This document shows positions 40,131-50,157 of a stretch of 57,812 bases of DNA, one piece after another. A model generated the notes under the pieces. That model was not told the origin of the DNA. It did no database searches and saw nothing but the letters and a program-made list of their open reading frames with translations. Numbering within the stretch: position 1 is the stretch's first letter; each line of letters opens with the position of its first letter. Source of the stretch: Candidatus Omnitrophota bacterium (GTDB lineage Bacteria; Omnitrophota; Gorgyraeia; 2-02-FULL-51-18); NCBI GenBank assembly GCA_945877765.1, contig CAMDWQ010000002.1:80464-138275 (forward strand), in the 5' to 3' direction. A program made the translations under genes and the position numbers.

Positions 40131-41930
40131 ATGATTCTGAAAAATATCCGCAATTTCTCCATCATTGCTCACATCGACCACGGGAAATCGACGCTAGCCG
40201 ACCGTATTCTTGAGCACACCGGCGCCATTGATAGCCGTACGTTTCACAACCAGCTTTTGGATGACATGGAGCTTGAGCAGGAGCGTGGGATTACCATTAA
40301 AGCCAGCGCTGTAAAAATTAAATACAAAAGCAAAGACGGAAAAGAATATATTTTAAATTTAATTGATACGCCGGGACATGTTGATTTTAGTTATGAGGTA
40401 TCCAAGAGCTTACGTGCTTGCGAGGGCGTCTTGCTTTTGGTGGATGCCGCTCAAGGGGTGGAGGCGCAAACGGTCGCCAATGCATTCCTGGCTGTTGAGC
40501 ATAATCTGGCCATTATTCCAGTAATCAACAAGATTGATCTCCCGACAGCGGACCCCGAAAAAGTTAAAAAGCAAATTCATACCGTATTTGGAATTGATGA
40601 AAAAGAAGTTATTTTGGCCAGCGCCAAAGCGGGGATAGGGATCACTGAAATATTAGAAGCGGTTATCGAGCGAGTTCCTCAGCCTGAGGGAGAACCAGGC
40701 AACCCTTTGCAGGCGCTGGTATTTGATTCTCAGTATGACACCTATCGCGGAGTCATCATTTATGTTCGCGTGTTTAATGGTGTCCTTAAAAAGGGGATGA
40801 AAATACGAATGATGGTGACAGGGCGTGATTACGAAGTTTTGGAGATTGGCACGCTCACACCCAAGCCCGTTGCCGGGGAAATTTTAAATACGGGGGAAGT
40901 GGGCTACATCTGCTGCAATATCCGGACCGCCAAGGATGTGGAGAACGGGGATACAGTCACGGATGCTCTCAGGCCTTGCGCGCAAGCCTTGCCGGGTTAT
41001 AAGAAAATTCGCCCGATGGTGTTTGCCGGTATTTATCCTGTAAACTCAAAAGATTTTCAATCGCTCAAAGACGCACTCGAGAAATTGCAGCTTAACGACG
41101 CGTCTCTTGTTTTTGAGGTTGAAAGCTCGCCCTCAATTGGTTTTGGTTTCCGCTGTGGTTTCTTGGGGCTGCTTCACATGGAGATTGTGCAGGAGCGCCT
41201 AGAGCGCGAATACGACATGAATCTTGTCATCACCACTCCGAGCGTGGTGTATAAAATTGTGACAACAGCAGGGGAAACTGTAGAAATTGACAACCCCGCC
41301 AAAATGCCGCCGGTGACGCAGATCCAGGAAATTTTAGAGCCGTTTGTAACCGCTTCAATGGTGGTGCCTCCGGCCAATATGGGAGCAATCCTTGAAATGT
41401 CTGAAAAAAAACGCGGCGTTTATAAATCCACCGAGTACATCAGCGAGGACCGCGTCAAAATTGTGTATGAGTTCCCCTTGTCAGAGATCATTGTGGATTT
41501 TTACGACAACATCAAATCCGCCACGAAGGGCTATGGATCCTTTGATTATGAATTGAGCGGCCACCGGGAAGGAAATGTGGTCAAGCTGGACATTCTTATC
41601 AACAATGAGATTTGCGATTCATTTAGCTCGATGGTTCATCATGAAAAAGCGCAGGCCAAGGGACGCGTGCTGTGCGAAAAACTAAAAGAATTAATTCCTC
41701 GCCAGCTTTTTGAAGTCGCCATTCAAGCAGCGGTTGGCGGTAAAATCATCTCTCGTGAAACGGTCAAGCCGATGGGTAAAAACGTTACTTCCAAGTGTTA
41801 TGGCGGAGACATCTCTCGTAAGCGCAAGTTGTGGGAAAAACAGAAAGAAGGAAAAAAGCGTATGAAGCAATTCGGTAAAGTAGAAATTCCGCAGGAAGCC
41901 TTTTTGGCGGCTCTCAAGGTAGAGGATTAA
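40131..41930 (+). CDS. lepA: Elongation factor 4
   Basis: [53 protein letters not shown]. Confidence 0.98.
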   Translation: MILKNIRNFSIIAHIDHGKSTLADRILEHTGAIDSRTFHNQLLDDMELEQERGITIKASAVKIKYKSKDGKEYILNLIDTPGHVDFSYEVSKSLRACEGVLLLVDAAQGVEAQTVANAFLAVEHNLAIIPVINKIDLPTADPEKVKKQIHTVFGIDEKEVILASAKAGIGITEILEAVIERVPQPEGEPGNPLQALVFDSQYDTYRGVIIYVRVFNGVLKKGMKIRMMVTGRDYEVLEIGTLTPKPVAGEILNTGEVGYICCNIRTAKDVENGDTVTDALRPCAQALPGYKKIRPMVFAGIYPVNSKDFQSLKDALEKLQLNDASLVFEVESSPSIGFGFRCGFLGLLHMEIVQERLEREYDMNLVITTPSVVYKIVTTAGETVEIDNPAKMPPVTQIQEILEPFVTASMVVPPANMGAILEMSEKKRGVYKSTEYISEDRVKIVYEFPLSEIIVDFYDNIKSATKGYGSFDYELSGHREGNVVKLDILINNEICDSFSSMVHHEKAQAKGRVLCEKLKELIPRQLFEVAIQAAVGGKIISRETVKPMGKNVTSKCYGGDISRKRKLWEKQKEGKKRMKQFGKVEIPQEAFLAALKVED

Positions 41931-41936
41931 AACGAT

Positions 41937-42494
41937 ATGAAATTTCCCATCCCCAAAGAGGTTCTTATTCGCGAAGCCAAGGAGTGGACGAATTCTATTT
42001 TAGTGGCGCTTATTTTGACGCTGATTATACGCACGTTCATTATCCAGGCATTTAAGATTCCCTCAGGCTCGATGCGGCCGACTCTCATGGAGGGGGATAA
42101 GCTATTTGTGAATAAATACGTCTATCGTTTTGAGGCGCCAAAGCCAGGTGATATTATTGTATTTAAATATCCGGTGGATCCCAAAAAAGATTTTATTAAG
42201 CGCTTAGTCGCTTTGGGCGGTGAAAAAGTGGAGATTCGAGATGGGAAGATTATTGTTGATGGAAAAACTCTCGATGACCCCAAGCTCTTTGGAAAGTTTT
42301 TTTACTATAATCACGACCCCTATGGGGCGCCCGGAGAAACCATTCAGGTGCCGGAGAATAATTATTTTGTATTGGGAGATAATAGCGGCAATTCGACCGA
42401 TAGCCGTTTTTGGGGTTTTGTGCCGAAAAAAAATGTACTGGGCAAAGCGGTATTCCGTTGGTGGCCCTTAAATCGTTTTGGAAAAATTGAATAA
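41937..42494 (+). CDS. lepB: Signal peptidase I
   Basis: IPSGSM.PTL, DFIKRLV, YFVLGDNSGNSTDSRFWG. Confidence 0.96.
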   Translation: MKFPIPKEVLIREAKEWTNSILVALILTLIIRTFIIQAFKIPSGSMRPTLMEGDKLFVNKYVYRFEAPKPGDIIVFKYPVDPKKDFIKRLVALGGEKVEIRDGKIIVDGKTLDDPKLFGKFFYYNHDPYGAPGETIQVPENNYFVLGDNSGNSTDSRFWGFVPKKNVLGKAVFRWWPLNRFGKIE

Positions 42495-43074
42495 ACGAAT
42501 TAATTTTTTCTCCAACCTGCCCAATAATATCACCGCTTTAAGGATATTGCTGGTTCCCGCATTTATTTTTAGCCTTCTAGGCTACACTCCCCAGAAACAA
42601 TATTTTATTTTCTGGGCAGTGGGTATTTTTTTAACGGCCTGCTTCACGGATGCGCTGGACGGCTTCGTTGCCAGAAAGCTAAAACAACAGACCGTGTTTG
42701 GCAGTTACATCGATCCGATTGCCGACAAGCTTCTGCTTTCTAGCGGATTTCTTTGCTTGTCACTTTTGACGCACCTGCCGGCCCCGATGAGGATTCCTGG
42801 GTGGGTGACCCTTTTGGTGATTTCCAGAGACGTCATTATTCTTATCGGATCAGCGCTTATTTTTTTATCGACAGGCTCTTTGAAGGCGGAGCCTCTTTTT
42901 ATCAGCAAGCTTACGACGCTTGTACAAATGGTGACTTTGTGCGCGGTGCTGTTCAGATTGCCGCACGACATTCTGACCGTTTTGTTTATTCTTACGGCCG
43001 TGTTAACCGTGCTGTCAGGCGTCTTGTACATTCGTATGGGTGAAAAAATATTTAACCGGGAGCCCAGCACATGA
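42478..43074 (+). CDS. CDP-alcohol phosphatidyltransferase (second PgsA-like paralog)
   Basis: LPNNITALR, TDALDGFVAR...FGSYIDPIADK; exact start uncertain. Confidence 0.88.
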   Translation: MEKLNKRINFFSNLPNNITALRILLVPAFIFSLLGYTPQKQYFIFWAVGIFLTACFTDALDGFVARKLKQQTVFGSYIDPIADKLLLSSGFLCLSLLTHLPAPMRIPGWVTLLVISRDVIILIGSALIFLSTGSLKAEPLFISKLTTLVQMVTLCAVLFRLPHDILTVLFILTAVLTVLSGVLYIRMGEKIFNREPST

Positions 43075-43682
43075 CAGCTAGGATTGTGATCAGTTTCTTT
43101 TTTTCATTTTTTTTAGGCTCTATCCCAACAGCTTTTTTATTGGTAAAAAAAATAAAGGGCTTGGATATCCGGGAGCACGGCAGCGGCAACGTGGGGGCAA
43201 CCAATGCGTTTCGGGTGCTCGGAAAAAAAGGGGGCAGCCTTGTATTTGCGCTGGATTTTTTAAAGGGTGCGATTCCTGCGTGGCTGGTGCTGGCGCTGTA
43301 TCCCTCAGGCGGTATCTCGGTTCCCACCGTCGCATTAATTGTGGCTTCCGCTGCAATCCTGGGACATATATTTACCCCCTTTTTAGGGTTTAGAGGGGGG
43401 AAGGGTGTGGCTACGGGAGCCGGCGCTGTTTTTGGCGCTTACCCGCTATTATTCTTGGGTGCTTTGGCTGTCTGGGTCGTGGTTTTTTTGATCACTCGTA
43501 CCGTTTCCATCAGCTCGCTTTTTGCTCTTATTTTTCTTGTCGCGCTGAGCTTCTGGGTAGTGCCTGATCGCTTATCAATAGCGGTGCTTTTTGCGCTTTT
43601 TCTTTTGATTCTATGGAGCCATCGTAGCAACATTTTGAGATTATTAAATAAAAATGAGTTAAAATTTGATAAAAAGAATTAG
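43071..43682 (+). CDS. plsY: Glycerol-3-phosphate acyltransferase PlsY
   Basis: GSIP, DIREHGSGNVGATN, DFLKG, GHIF, GGKGVATG, HRSNI.RL. Confidence 0.96.
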   Translation: MTARIVISFFFSFFLGSIPTAFLLVKKIKGLDIREHGSGNVGATNAFRVLGKKGGSLVFALDFLKGAIPAWLVLALYPSGGISVPTVALIVASAAILGHIFTPFLGFRGGKGVATGAGAVFGAYPLLFLGALAVWVVVFLITRTVSISSLFALIFLVALSFWVVPDRLSIAVLFALFLLILWSHRSNILRLLNKNELKFDKKN

Positions 43683-43694
43683 TGTCTGCCTACC

Positions 43695-43723
43695 TTGTAT
43701 TTACGCCCAGGTATGGGCATACT
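43695..43723 (+). promoter_or_regulatory. Candidate promoter for the 43793 ORF, with a palindrome in the spacer
   Basis: TTGTAT-N17-CATACT; GCCCA-GGTA-TGGGC at 43705..43718. Confidence 0.35.
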
Positions 43724-43792
43724 CTTTGTGTGGCCGTTTTTTTTAGTTGGCTTTCTTAATTTGTTTAGTATGTTCTATTAAAAGGACCTTCG

Positions 43793-44182
43793 ATGAGAGA
43801 GATTAGCATTAAGACATCAACCTCTGAAAACCACAAAAGAAAAAATTTGATGATTGTGGAGATGATTAATCAGGATGGCGTGGTGGCCCGCGCTGAAAAG
43901 AAATTCTCCTATTACGTCTCGGAGCAAAGCCCCTTTCTGGATGCCGATAAATTAAAAAATTGGGCGGACGTGCAAGCACAGACCCACCATAAAAAAGACC
44001 GGCATGTTTCGATACGTAAAGTCGTAGATCCCAAGACGGGAATGGGGCAGATGATATACCGCGTGATTGGCAGTTTTTATGTAGTCCAAAATCTTCATGT
44101 TTTTGCGGTGGTATTTATGCACCGCATTAAGTTTGATATGGTGTCTGGCAATTTTCCCCAAGGAAAGATTCCCTCGTTTTAA
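43793..44182 (+). CDS. Hypothetical protein
   Basis: 129-aa ORF filling the plsY-gpsA gap, AAGGA upstream; no recognisable motif. Confidence 0.6.
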   Translation: MREISIKTSTSENHKRKNLMIVEMINQDGVVARAEKKFSYYVSEQSPFLDADKLKNWADVQAQTHHKKDRHVSIRKVVDPKTGMGQMIYRVIGSFYVVQNLHVFAVVFMHRIKFDMVSGNFPQGKIPSF

Positions 44183-44187
44183 TTCTT

Positions 44188-44216
44188 TTGACCAAGCTTT
44201 AGCGCTTTGTTATACT
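44188..44216 (+). promoter_or_regulatory. Sigma70 promoter for gpsA
   Basis: TTGACC-N17-TATACT with extended TG. Confidence 0.7.
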
Positions 44217-44228
44217 CCATAACTATCT

Positions 44229-45236
44229 ATGAATCCAAAAGATACAAACATTTCAGTTTTGGGGAACGGTGGTTGGGGGACGGCGCTTTCGCTGGTTTTG
44301 GCCGGCAAGGGTTTTAAAGTCCATTTGTGGGGAGTTTCCCCGGAGTACGTCACCCAGGTCCAGAAAACACGCGAGAATGTAAAATTTTTAGCGGGGTTTA
44401 AATTACCTCGGAATATCCGGCTGACAAGCGACCTGCCGCTTGCGCTTGAAGCGTCCAGCTTTCTTGTTCTAGCAACACCTTCCCAACACATGCGCTCTGT
44501 TCTTAAAAAAATAAAACGCGAAAAACTAAAGAGCAAATCTTTTATCAGTGTCGCTAAGGGAATCGAAGTAGGCTCTCTTAAGACCATGTCGCAAGTCATC
44601 ATTGAGGAGTTGGGACGTCAGCGTTTGGGAGTGCTCTCAGGTCCGAGCATTGCGCGGGAAGTTGCTCAGAAAATGCCAGTGGCTGTCTCCGTGGCCTCTC
44701 TAGATGCCGGCTTTGCGGCCCAAATACGCGAGATCTTTACAACGGATTACTTTACTCTTTTTGAGAGTGCTGACATGCTTGGTGTTGAGCTTGGCGGCTC
44801 CATAAAGAATGTGGTCGCTATTTCTGCTGGGATTGTGGAGGGGTTGGGATTTGGTTCCAACACACGCGCGGCCCTTTTTGCGCGCGGCGTTGCTGAAATG
44901 GCGCGTCTGGGTGAGGCGATGGGCGCCAACCGTGAAACATTTATGGGTCTCTCGGGTCTTGGAGATTTGGCAACCACTTGTTTGAGCCGTGACAGCCGAA
45001 ACCGCTCGCTCGGCGAAGCAATTGGGAAGGGTAAAAAATTGAAAGCCATTTTAGGGAAAACAGAGATGGTGGTGGAGGGCGTTGATACCGCACGCGCCGC
45101 GTATGAGCTTTCCAGAAAATTCAAGGTTTCTATGCCTATTACGGAGGCGGTCTACAAGATATTGTTTCAAGACAAAAACCCCAAAGAAACCATTAAAGCC
45201 CTCATGCATTCCAGCTTTCATCGCGAGCTTGATTAA
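44229..45236 (+). CDS. gpsA: NAD(P)H-dependent glycerol-3-phosphate dehydrogenase
   Basis: GNGGWGTAL, KGIE, LSGPSIA, GGSIKNV.AI, GLGDL..TC...SRN, EG. Confidence 0.96.
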   Translation: MNPKDTNISVLGNGGWGTALSLVLAGKGFKVHLWGVSPEYVTQVQKTRENVKFLAGFKLPRNIRLTSDLPLALEASSFLVLATPSQHMRSVLKKIKREKLKSKSFISVAKGIEVGSLKTMSQVIIEELGRQRLGVLSGPSIAREVAQKMPVAVSVASLDAGFAAQIREIFTTDYFTLFESADMLGVELGGSIKNVVAISAGIVEGLGFGSNTRAALFARGVAEMARLGEAMGANRETFMGLSGLGDLATTCLSRDSRNRSLGEAIGKGKKLKAILGKTEMVVEGVDTARAAYELSRKFKVSMPITEAVYKILFQDKNPKETIKALMHSSFHRELD

Positions 45237-45266
45237 GATATAATAAAAAGCTTATTTAACCAATAT

Positions 45267-45342
45267 CGGGGTGTGGCCCAGCTTGGTCTAAGGCGCTACC
45301 TTGGGGTGGTAGAGATCGGAGGTTCGAATCCTCTCACCCCGA
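45267..45342 (+). tRNA. tRNA-Pro(GGG)
   Basis: Acceptor CGGGGTG/CACCCCG, anticodon loop TTGGGGT, T-loop TTCGAAT; CCA not encoded. Confidence 0.94.
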
Positions 45343-45384
45343 CATTGGTGTTTATTGAACCGTTCTTGTTTTCAGGAAAACGCA

Positions 45385-46698
45385 ATGAAGAAGTCTATGG
45401 ATTCGCAGCCGCAAGAAGTACGTCTGGGCCTTGTGGGTTTAGGCACCGTGGGATCGGGTGTGTTTGAGATTCTTAAAAACCAGGCTGTCTCTCTTGAGAA
45501 AAAAACGGGAGTGCGCTTGATTTTGCAAAAAATTGCCGTACGCTCCGTTTCCAAAAAAAGAGCCGTCTCTGTCCCTAAAGCACTTCTTACGACAGACGCT
45601 ATGTCTGTCGCTTTGGATCCGCGTGTGGATATCCTAATTGAGCTTATTGGTGGTATTCGCCCAGCCAAAGAAATTATCTTAAAAGCACTCTCATCGGGAA
45701 AGCATGTTGTCACCGCCAACAAGGCGCTCTTGGCGGAGGCGGGGGAAGAAATTTTTACTGCAGCGGATGCTAATAACCGCAAGATTGGTTTTGAGGCCAG
45801 TGTTTGCGGCGGCATTCCCATCATCAAGTCCTTGCGGGAGGGACTGGTCTCCAACGATATTTCCCAATTTTTAGGGATTGTGAACGGCACTTGCAATTAT
45901 ATTTTGACGCGCATGTCTCAAGAAGGCTGCGATTTTAAAACGGCGCTCGTCGAAGCGCAGGCCAAAGGCTATGCGGAAGAAAACCCAGCCCTGGACGTTG
46001 ATGGTGTGGATTCGGCACATAAACTCGCGGTGTTAGCGCGCTTGGCGTTTCGCTCAGCTATTTCATTTAAAAAAATTTACGTTGAGGGAATACGAGGCTT
46101 GCGACGCGAGGATATTGGTTACGCGCAAGAGCTGGGCTACGCGATCAAGCTTTTGGCGGTTGGCAAAAAACATCCCAAGGGACTTGAACTTCGCGTTCAT
46201 CCAACACTCTTGCCTAATGGTCACCCATTGGCCGGAGTTCGAGGAGTCTATAACGCTGTATTTATTCACGCCGATCAGGCGGGGGATCAGCTTTTCTATG
46301 GCCGTGGCGCGGGGAAAAAGCCGACTGCCAGTGCCGTCATGAGTGATGTTTTGGACATTGCCCGAAGAAACGTCTCCGGCAGCCAACGCGCGAAAGCGCC
46401 TCGTTTAAATTTTGATAATAAAAAAGTACTTGGGATCGAAGAAACTATTTCAAAATATTATTTACGTTTCCAGGTGGCCGATAAACCGGGTGTTCTTGGG
46501 ATGATCGCTAAGACCTTGGGTCAAAACGAAATATCAATTTTGAGCGTCAATCAAAAGGAATCGCACGCGACAAAATCAGTGCCCGTGATTATTCTCACGT
46601 ACGCTGCCGCTGAAAAAAATATACGAAAAGCGCTTAAAGTCATTGATGCGTCACGCGGTGTCAGCGAAAAAACAATCATGATGCGGGTCGAATCATGA
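45385..46698 (+). CDS. hom: Homoserine dehydrogenase (with ACT domain)
   Basis: GLGTVGSG, VVTANKAL, FEASVCGGIPII, GIVNGT.NYIL, DVDG.DSAHK; start reassigned to ATG 45385. Confidence 0.96.
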   Translation: MKKSMDSQPQEVRLGLVGLGTVGSGVFEILKNQAVSLEKKTGVRLILQKIAVRSVSKKRAVSVPKALLTTDAMSVALDPRVDILIELIGGIRPAKEIILKALSSGKHVVTANKALLAEAGEEIFTAADANNRKIGFEASVCGGIPIIKSLREGLVSNDISQFLGIVNGTCNYILTRMSQEGCDFKTALVEAQAKGYAEENPALDVDGVDSAHKLAVLARLAFRSAISFKKIYVEGIRGLRREDIGYAQELGYAIKLLAVGKKHPKGLELRVHPTLLPNGHPLAGVRGVYNAVFIHADQAGDQLFYGRGAGKKPTASAVMSDVLDIARRNVSGSQRAKAPRLNFDNKKVLGIEETISKYYLRFQVADKPGVLGMIAKTLGQNEISILSVNQKESHATKSVPVIILTYAAAEKNIRKALKVIDASRGVSEKTIMMRVES

Positions 46699-47771
46699 GT
46701 TTTTGGCCTGGGCTGATCGAAAAATACCGCACCTATTTACCAGTAACAGCCTCGACACCTGTCGTGACACTCAACGAGGGAAATACGCCCTTGATTGAGG
46801 CGGGCTATTTGTCCGAGATTACCGGCGAGAAAGTTTTTTTGAAATACGAGGGCTTGAATCCCACAGGCTCATTCAAGGATCGCGGCATGACGCTGGCATT
46901 GTCAAAAGCCAAAGAAAAAGGCGCTCGTGTTGTGATTTGTGCTTCCACAGGGAACACTTCGGCGTCTGCAGCGGCTTATGCAGCGCGCGCGGGATTGCGA
47001 TGTGTGGTACTGATTCCGGAAGGCGCGATTGCTCTGGGCAAACTAAGTCAGGCGCTGATTCATGGCGCAACGGTTATTCCGGTAAAAGGGAATTTTGACG
47101 TCGCGCTTGGTTTGGTTCGTGAAATTTCACAAAAATATCCGGTGACATTAGTCAATTCCGTCAATCCTTTTCGCATTGAAGGGCAGAAGACGGCTGCGTT
47201 TGAGATCTGTGACCAGTTGGGTGGGGCGGCGCCTGATTTTCATTCCATCCCGGTGGGAAATGCCGGCAATATTACGGCTTACTGGAAGGGTTATCGGGAA
47301 TATTTTGAACATCAGAAAATTCGGTCCAAGCCGGTAATGTTGGGTTTTCAGGCGCAAGGCGCGGCGCCGATTGTTAACAATCGGATGGTGGCTAATCCCA
47401 AGACGATAGCCACTGCCATCAAAATTGGCAATCCGGCCAGTTGGCAGACGGCAACTGCAGCTCGCCAAGAGTCTGGGGGCCTGATTGATAAAGTCAGCGA
47501 CAACGAAATTATATCGGCGTATAAACTTCTCGCTCAAAAAGAAGGTGTTTTTGTAGAGCCTGCCAGCGCAGCGAGCGTCGCTGGAGTTTTGAAGCTTTCT
47601 AAAAATGGCTATTTTAAAAAAACAGGAAAAAAGAATTCAAAAAAGAAAATAATTGTTTGTGTATTGACGGGGCACGGCTTAAAAGATCCCGACTGCGCGC
47701 TTTTGTCTGTTAAAAAGCCCAAGGCAGTACCAGCCAAACTTGAGAATATCTTAAAAGTGATGGGGCTCTAA
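46695..47771 (+). CDS. thrC: Threonine synthase
   Basis: EGNTPL, NPTGSFKDRGM, CASTGNTSAS, PVGNAGN, EPASA, LTGHGLKDP. Confidence 0.96.
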   Translation: MSFWPGLIEKYRTYLPVTASTPVVTLNEGNTPLIEAGYLSEITGEKVFLKYEGLNPTGSFKDRGMTLALSKAKEKGARVVICASTGNTSASAAAYAARAGLRCVVLIPEGAIALGKLSQALIHGATVIPVKGNFDVALGLVREISQKYPVTLVNSVNPFRIEGQKTAAFEICDQLGGAAPDFHSIPVGNAGNITAYWKGYREYFEHQKIRSKPVMLGFQAQGAAPIVNNRMVANPKTIATAIKIGNPASWQTATAARQESGGLIDKVSDNEIISAYKLLAQKEGVFVEPASAASVAGVLKLSKNGYFKKTGKKNSKKKIIVCVLTGHGLKDPDCALLSVKKPKAVPAKLENILKVMGL

Positions 47772-48911
47772 ATGAAATTTTTTATTTTTGTTTGTGCGGG
47801 ATTAACCGATGAGCCTGTCGAGGACTTGGGAGGTCGCACGCCTTTGGAAGTCGCCAAGACCCCTGTGATGGACGAGCTGGCTAAGAAAGGCCGGGTGGAA
47901 TCGGTGTCTTTTGTTCCGTCAAACTTGGAGCCCCTGGCAGAGGTGGCCGTGCTCTCTCTTTTGGGATACGATCCCCAGCAATTTTATACCGGTCTAGCGC
48001 CGTTGGAAGCTCCGGCTTTTGGTATCCGGCAGGATGACCGTGAAGTGATATTTCGTGCAGACCTCACCACAGCTTCGGATGGCGTGATGGTGGACAGGAC
48101 TTCTGGCGGTATCTCAGATCGCGAAGCAGATATCCTAATTACTGGTTTAAGCACTGCTTTTGCCGACCAGTCTTTTCGTTTTTGCCGCGGCCGTGGGTAC
48201 AAAAACTATTTATTGGTCAGAGATGAAAAGTTGCTCGAAGACTTGGATGAGCTTGACTGTGTTTCGCCGTCTTTTTTTCTGGGGCAAAAAATTTCAAAAT
48301 TTTTGCCCAAGGGCAGGGGAAATGGGAGTGTCGTCGAGCTCATGAAAAAAGCGGATACTTATTTAGAAAATCAAGAAATTAACCGCGTGCGTATTGATTT
48401 GGGTGAAAATCCAGCCAATGGATTATGGTTGTGGGGGCAGGGGAAAAAGCCTCGGCTTCAGTCTTTTGAAAAACAGCACGGTTTGAGCGGCGCCTTTTTT
48501 GCGGACGCGGATTTTATAAAAGGTCTCGCCGAGCACATTGGACTCCTTCGCGTGAAAGATCCGACGAAGCTGCCCACGCAGTCAGAGGTGGTTTTTTTCT
48601 ATTATGGATCGCTGGAAGCAGCCGCCGCCAGCGGATTAAAACAAAAGATTAAAAAAATTGAGGACTTTGACGTGTTTGTTGGCACAGTTTTAAAAAGTCA
48701 CAGCCACGAGCCGTCGTTACGTGTGTGCGTCTGCGGGGACGTGTCAGAATCTTTATCGCGCAAAACGGCTACCCGGAATCCTACAATTGCCTTGATCGCG
48801 GGCGAAGGGATTGCGGCAGACAAAAATTTATCTTTTGATGAAAAAACTTGCGGGCTGAGTTCGTTGGCAGATAGAAGCGATGGTTTCTTGTCGTCATTTT
48901 TAAAAAGTTAA
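47772..48911 (+). CDS. ApgM / cofactor-independent phosphoglycerate mutase-like protein, apparently catalytically dead
   Basis: Family scaffold retained (LGGRTPLEVAKTP.MD, LLGYDP, YTG.APLEA, ANGLWLWG, KI..IEDFD) but the metal ligands and catalytic Ser are substituted. Confidence 0.8.
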   Translation: MKFFIFVCAGLTDEPVEDLGGRTPLEVAKTPVMDELAKKGRVESVSFVPSNLEPLAEVAVLSLLGYDPQQFYTGLAPLEAPAFGIRQDDREVIFRADLTTASDGVMVDRTSGGISDREADILITGLSTAFADQSFRFCRGRGYKNYLLVRDEKLLEDLDELDCVSPSFFLGQKISKFLPKGRGNGSVVELMKKADTYLENQEINRVRIDLGENPANGLWLWGQGKKPRLQSFEKQHGLSGAFFADADFIKGLAEHIGLLRVKDPTKLPTQSEVVFFYYGSLEAAAASGLKQKIKKIEDFDVFVGTVLKSHSHEPSLRVCVCGDVSESLSRKTATRNPTIALIAGEGIAADKNLSFDEKTCGLSSLADRSDGFLSSFLKS

Positions 48912-48933
48912 ACCTTAGATACAAGAGAAAAAC

Positions 48934-50157
48934 ATGAGTCTAATTGTACAAAAATTTGGCGGATCGAGCGTTGCCAACCCCGAACGAATCAAGCGCGTGG
49001 CCCAGCGAGTTGCCAGCTACCAAAAAGCGGGACACTCACTGGTTGTTGTCGTGAGCGCGTTGGGGGACACCACAGACGATCTTTTAGAGTTGGCGGATAA
49101 AATTTCCAAAAACCCGTCGAGCCGCGAACTGGACATGCTGCTCTCGACCGGCGAGCAAATTTCTGTGGCGCTTTTAGCGATGGCTTTGCAGGAGTTGGGG
49201 GTGGATGCTATTTCTTTTACGGGGTATCAGGTGGGTATTCGTACGGATTCCACGCATACCAAAGCGCGGATTATTGATATCTCGTCCGATCGAATTATTC
49301 GGGAGCTTAAAAACAAGAAAACAATCATCGTGGCAGGATTCCAAGGGACCAACAAGAATCAAGACATCACCACGCTGGGTCGAGGCGGAAGCGACTTAAC
49401 CGCGGTGGCGTTGGCCAAGGCGCTGAAGGCGGACACCTGCGAAATCTATACCGATGTCGACGGGATTTATACGACGGACCCGCGCCTGGTCCATGACGCG
49501 CAAAAAATTGAACGAATCAGTTATGAGGAAATGCTGGAGCTGGCATCTTCTGGGGCGCAGGTGATGCAGTCGCGCTCGATTGAGGTGGCGGGTAAGTATA
49601 ATATTCCTCTGCATGTACGAAGCAGTTTTTCCACCAACGAAGGAACCTGGATTGTGAAGGAGGATAAATCAATGGAAGATGTTTTGATTCGCGGTGTTTC
49701 TGTCAGTAAGAATGAGGCTAAGATTACTGTCAGCGGTGTGCCTAATAAGCCCGGTATTGCCGGTAAGATTTTTAGGACGCTTTCTGATGCGGGGATCAAT
49801 GTGGATGTGATTATTCAGAATATCGGCAAGGCCGTTTCGACCGATATTTCGTTTACGGTCCCGCGCAACGAAGCGGATACAGCAGTGACTCTTTTGAAAA
49901 AAGTTGCCGATGAAAGCGGAATCAAGGAAGTGACCAAGGATCCGCACATCGCCAAAGTTTCCGTGGTGGGTATCGGTATGCGCAGTCATGCGGGTGTCGC
50001 GGCCAAAATGTTTGAGATCTTGGGAAAAAATAGAATCAACATCGAGATGATTTCCACCAGCGAAATTAAGATCTCGTGCGTGGTAAAGCTTGCTAGTGCC
50101 GATAAGGCGGTTAAGCTTTTACATCAAGAATTTGAGCTCAATAAAAAGAAAAAATGA
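48934..50157 (+). CDS. lysC: Aspartate kinase (two ACT domains)
   Basis: VQKFGGSSV, VVVSALG, TTLGRGGSD, YTDVDG.YT.DPR, ISTSEIKIS. Confidence 0.96.
   Translation: MSLIVQKFGGSSVANPERIKRVAQRVASYQKAGHSLVVVVSALGDTTDDLLELADKISKNPSSRELDMLLSTGEQISVALLAMALQELGVDAISFTGYQVGIRTDSTHTKARIIDISSDRIIRELKNKKTIIVAGFQGTNKNQDITTLGRGGSDLTAVALAKALKADTCEIYTDVDGIYTTDPRLVHDAQKIERISYEEMLELASSGAQVMQSRSIEVAGKYNIPLHVRSSFSTNEGTWIVKEDKSMEDVLIRGVSVSKNEAKITVSGVPNKPGIAGKIFRTLSDAGINVDVIIQNIGKAVSTDISFTVPRNEADTAVTLLKKVADESGIKEVTKDPHIAKVSVVGIGMRSHAGVAAKMFEILGKNRINIEMISTSEIKISCVVKLASADKAVKLLHQEFELNKKKK

Noticed and set aside
45273-45467. 64-aa ORF after gpsA
   Set aside because: Overlaps tRNA-Pro(GGG) and the hom start; spurious.
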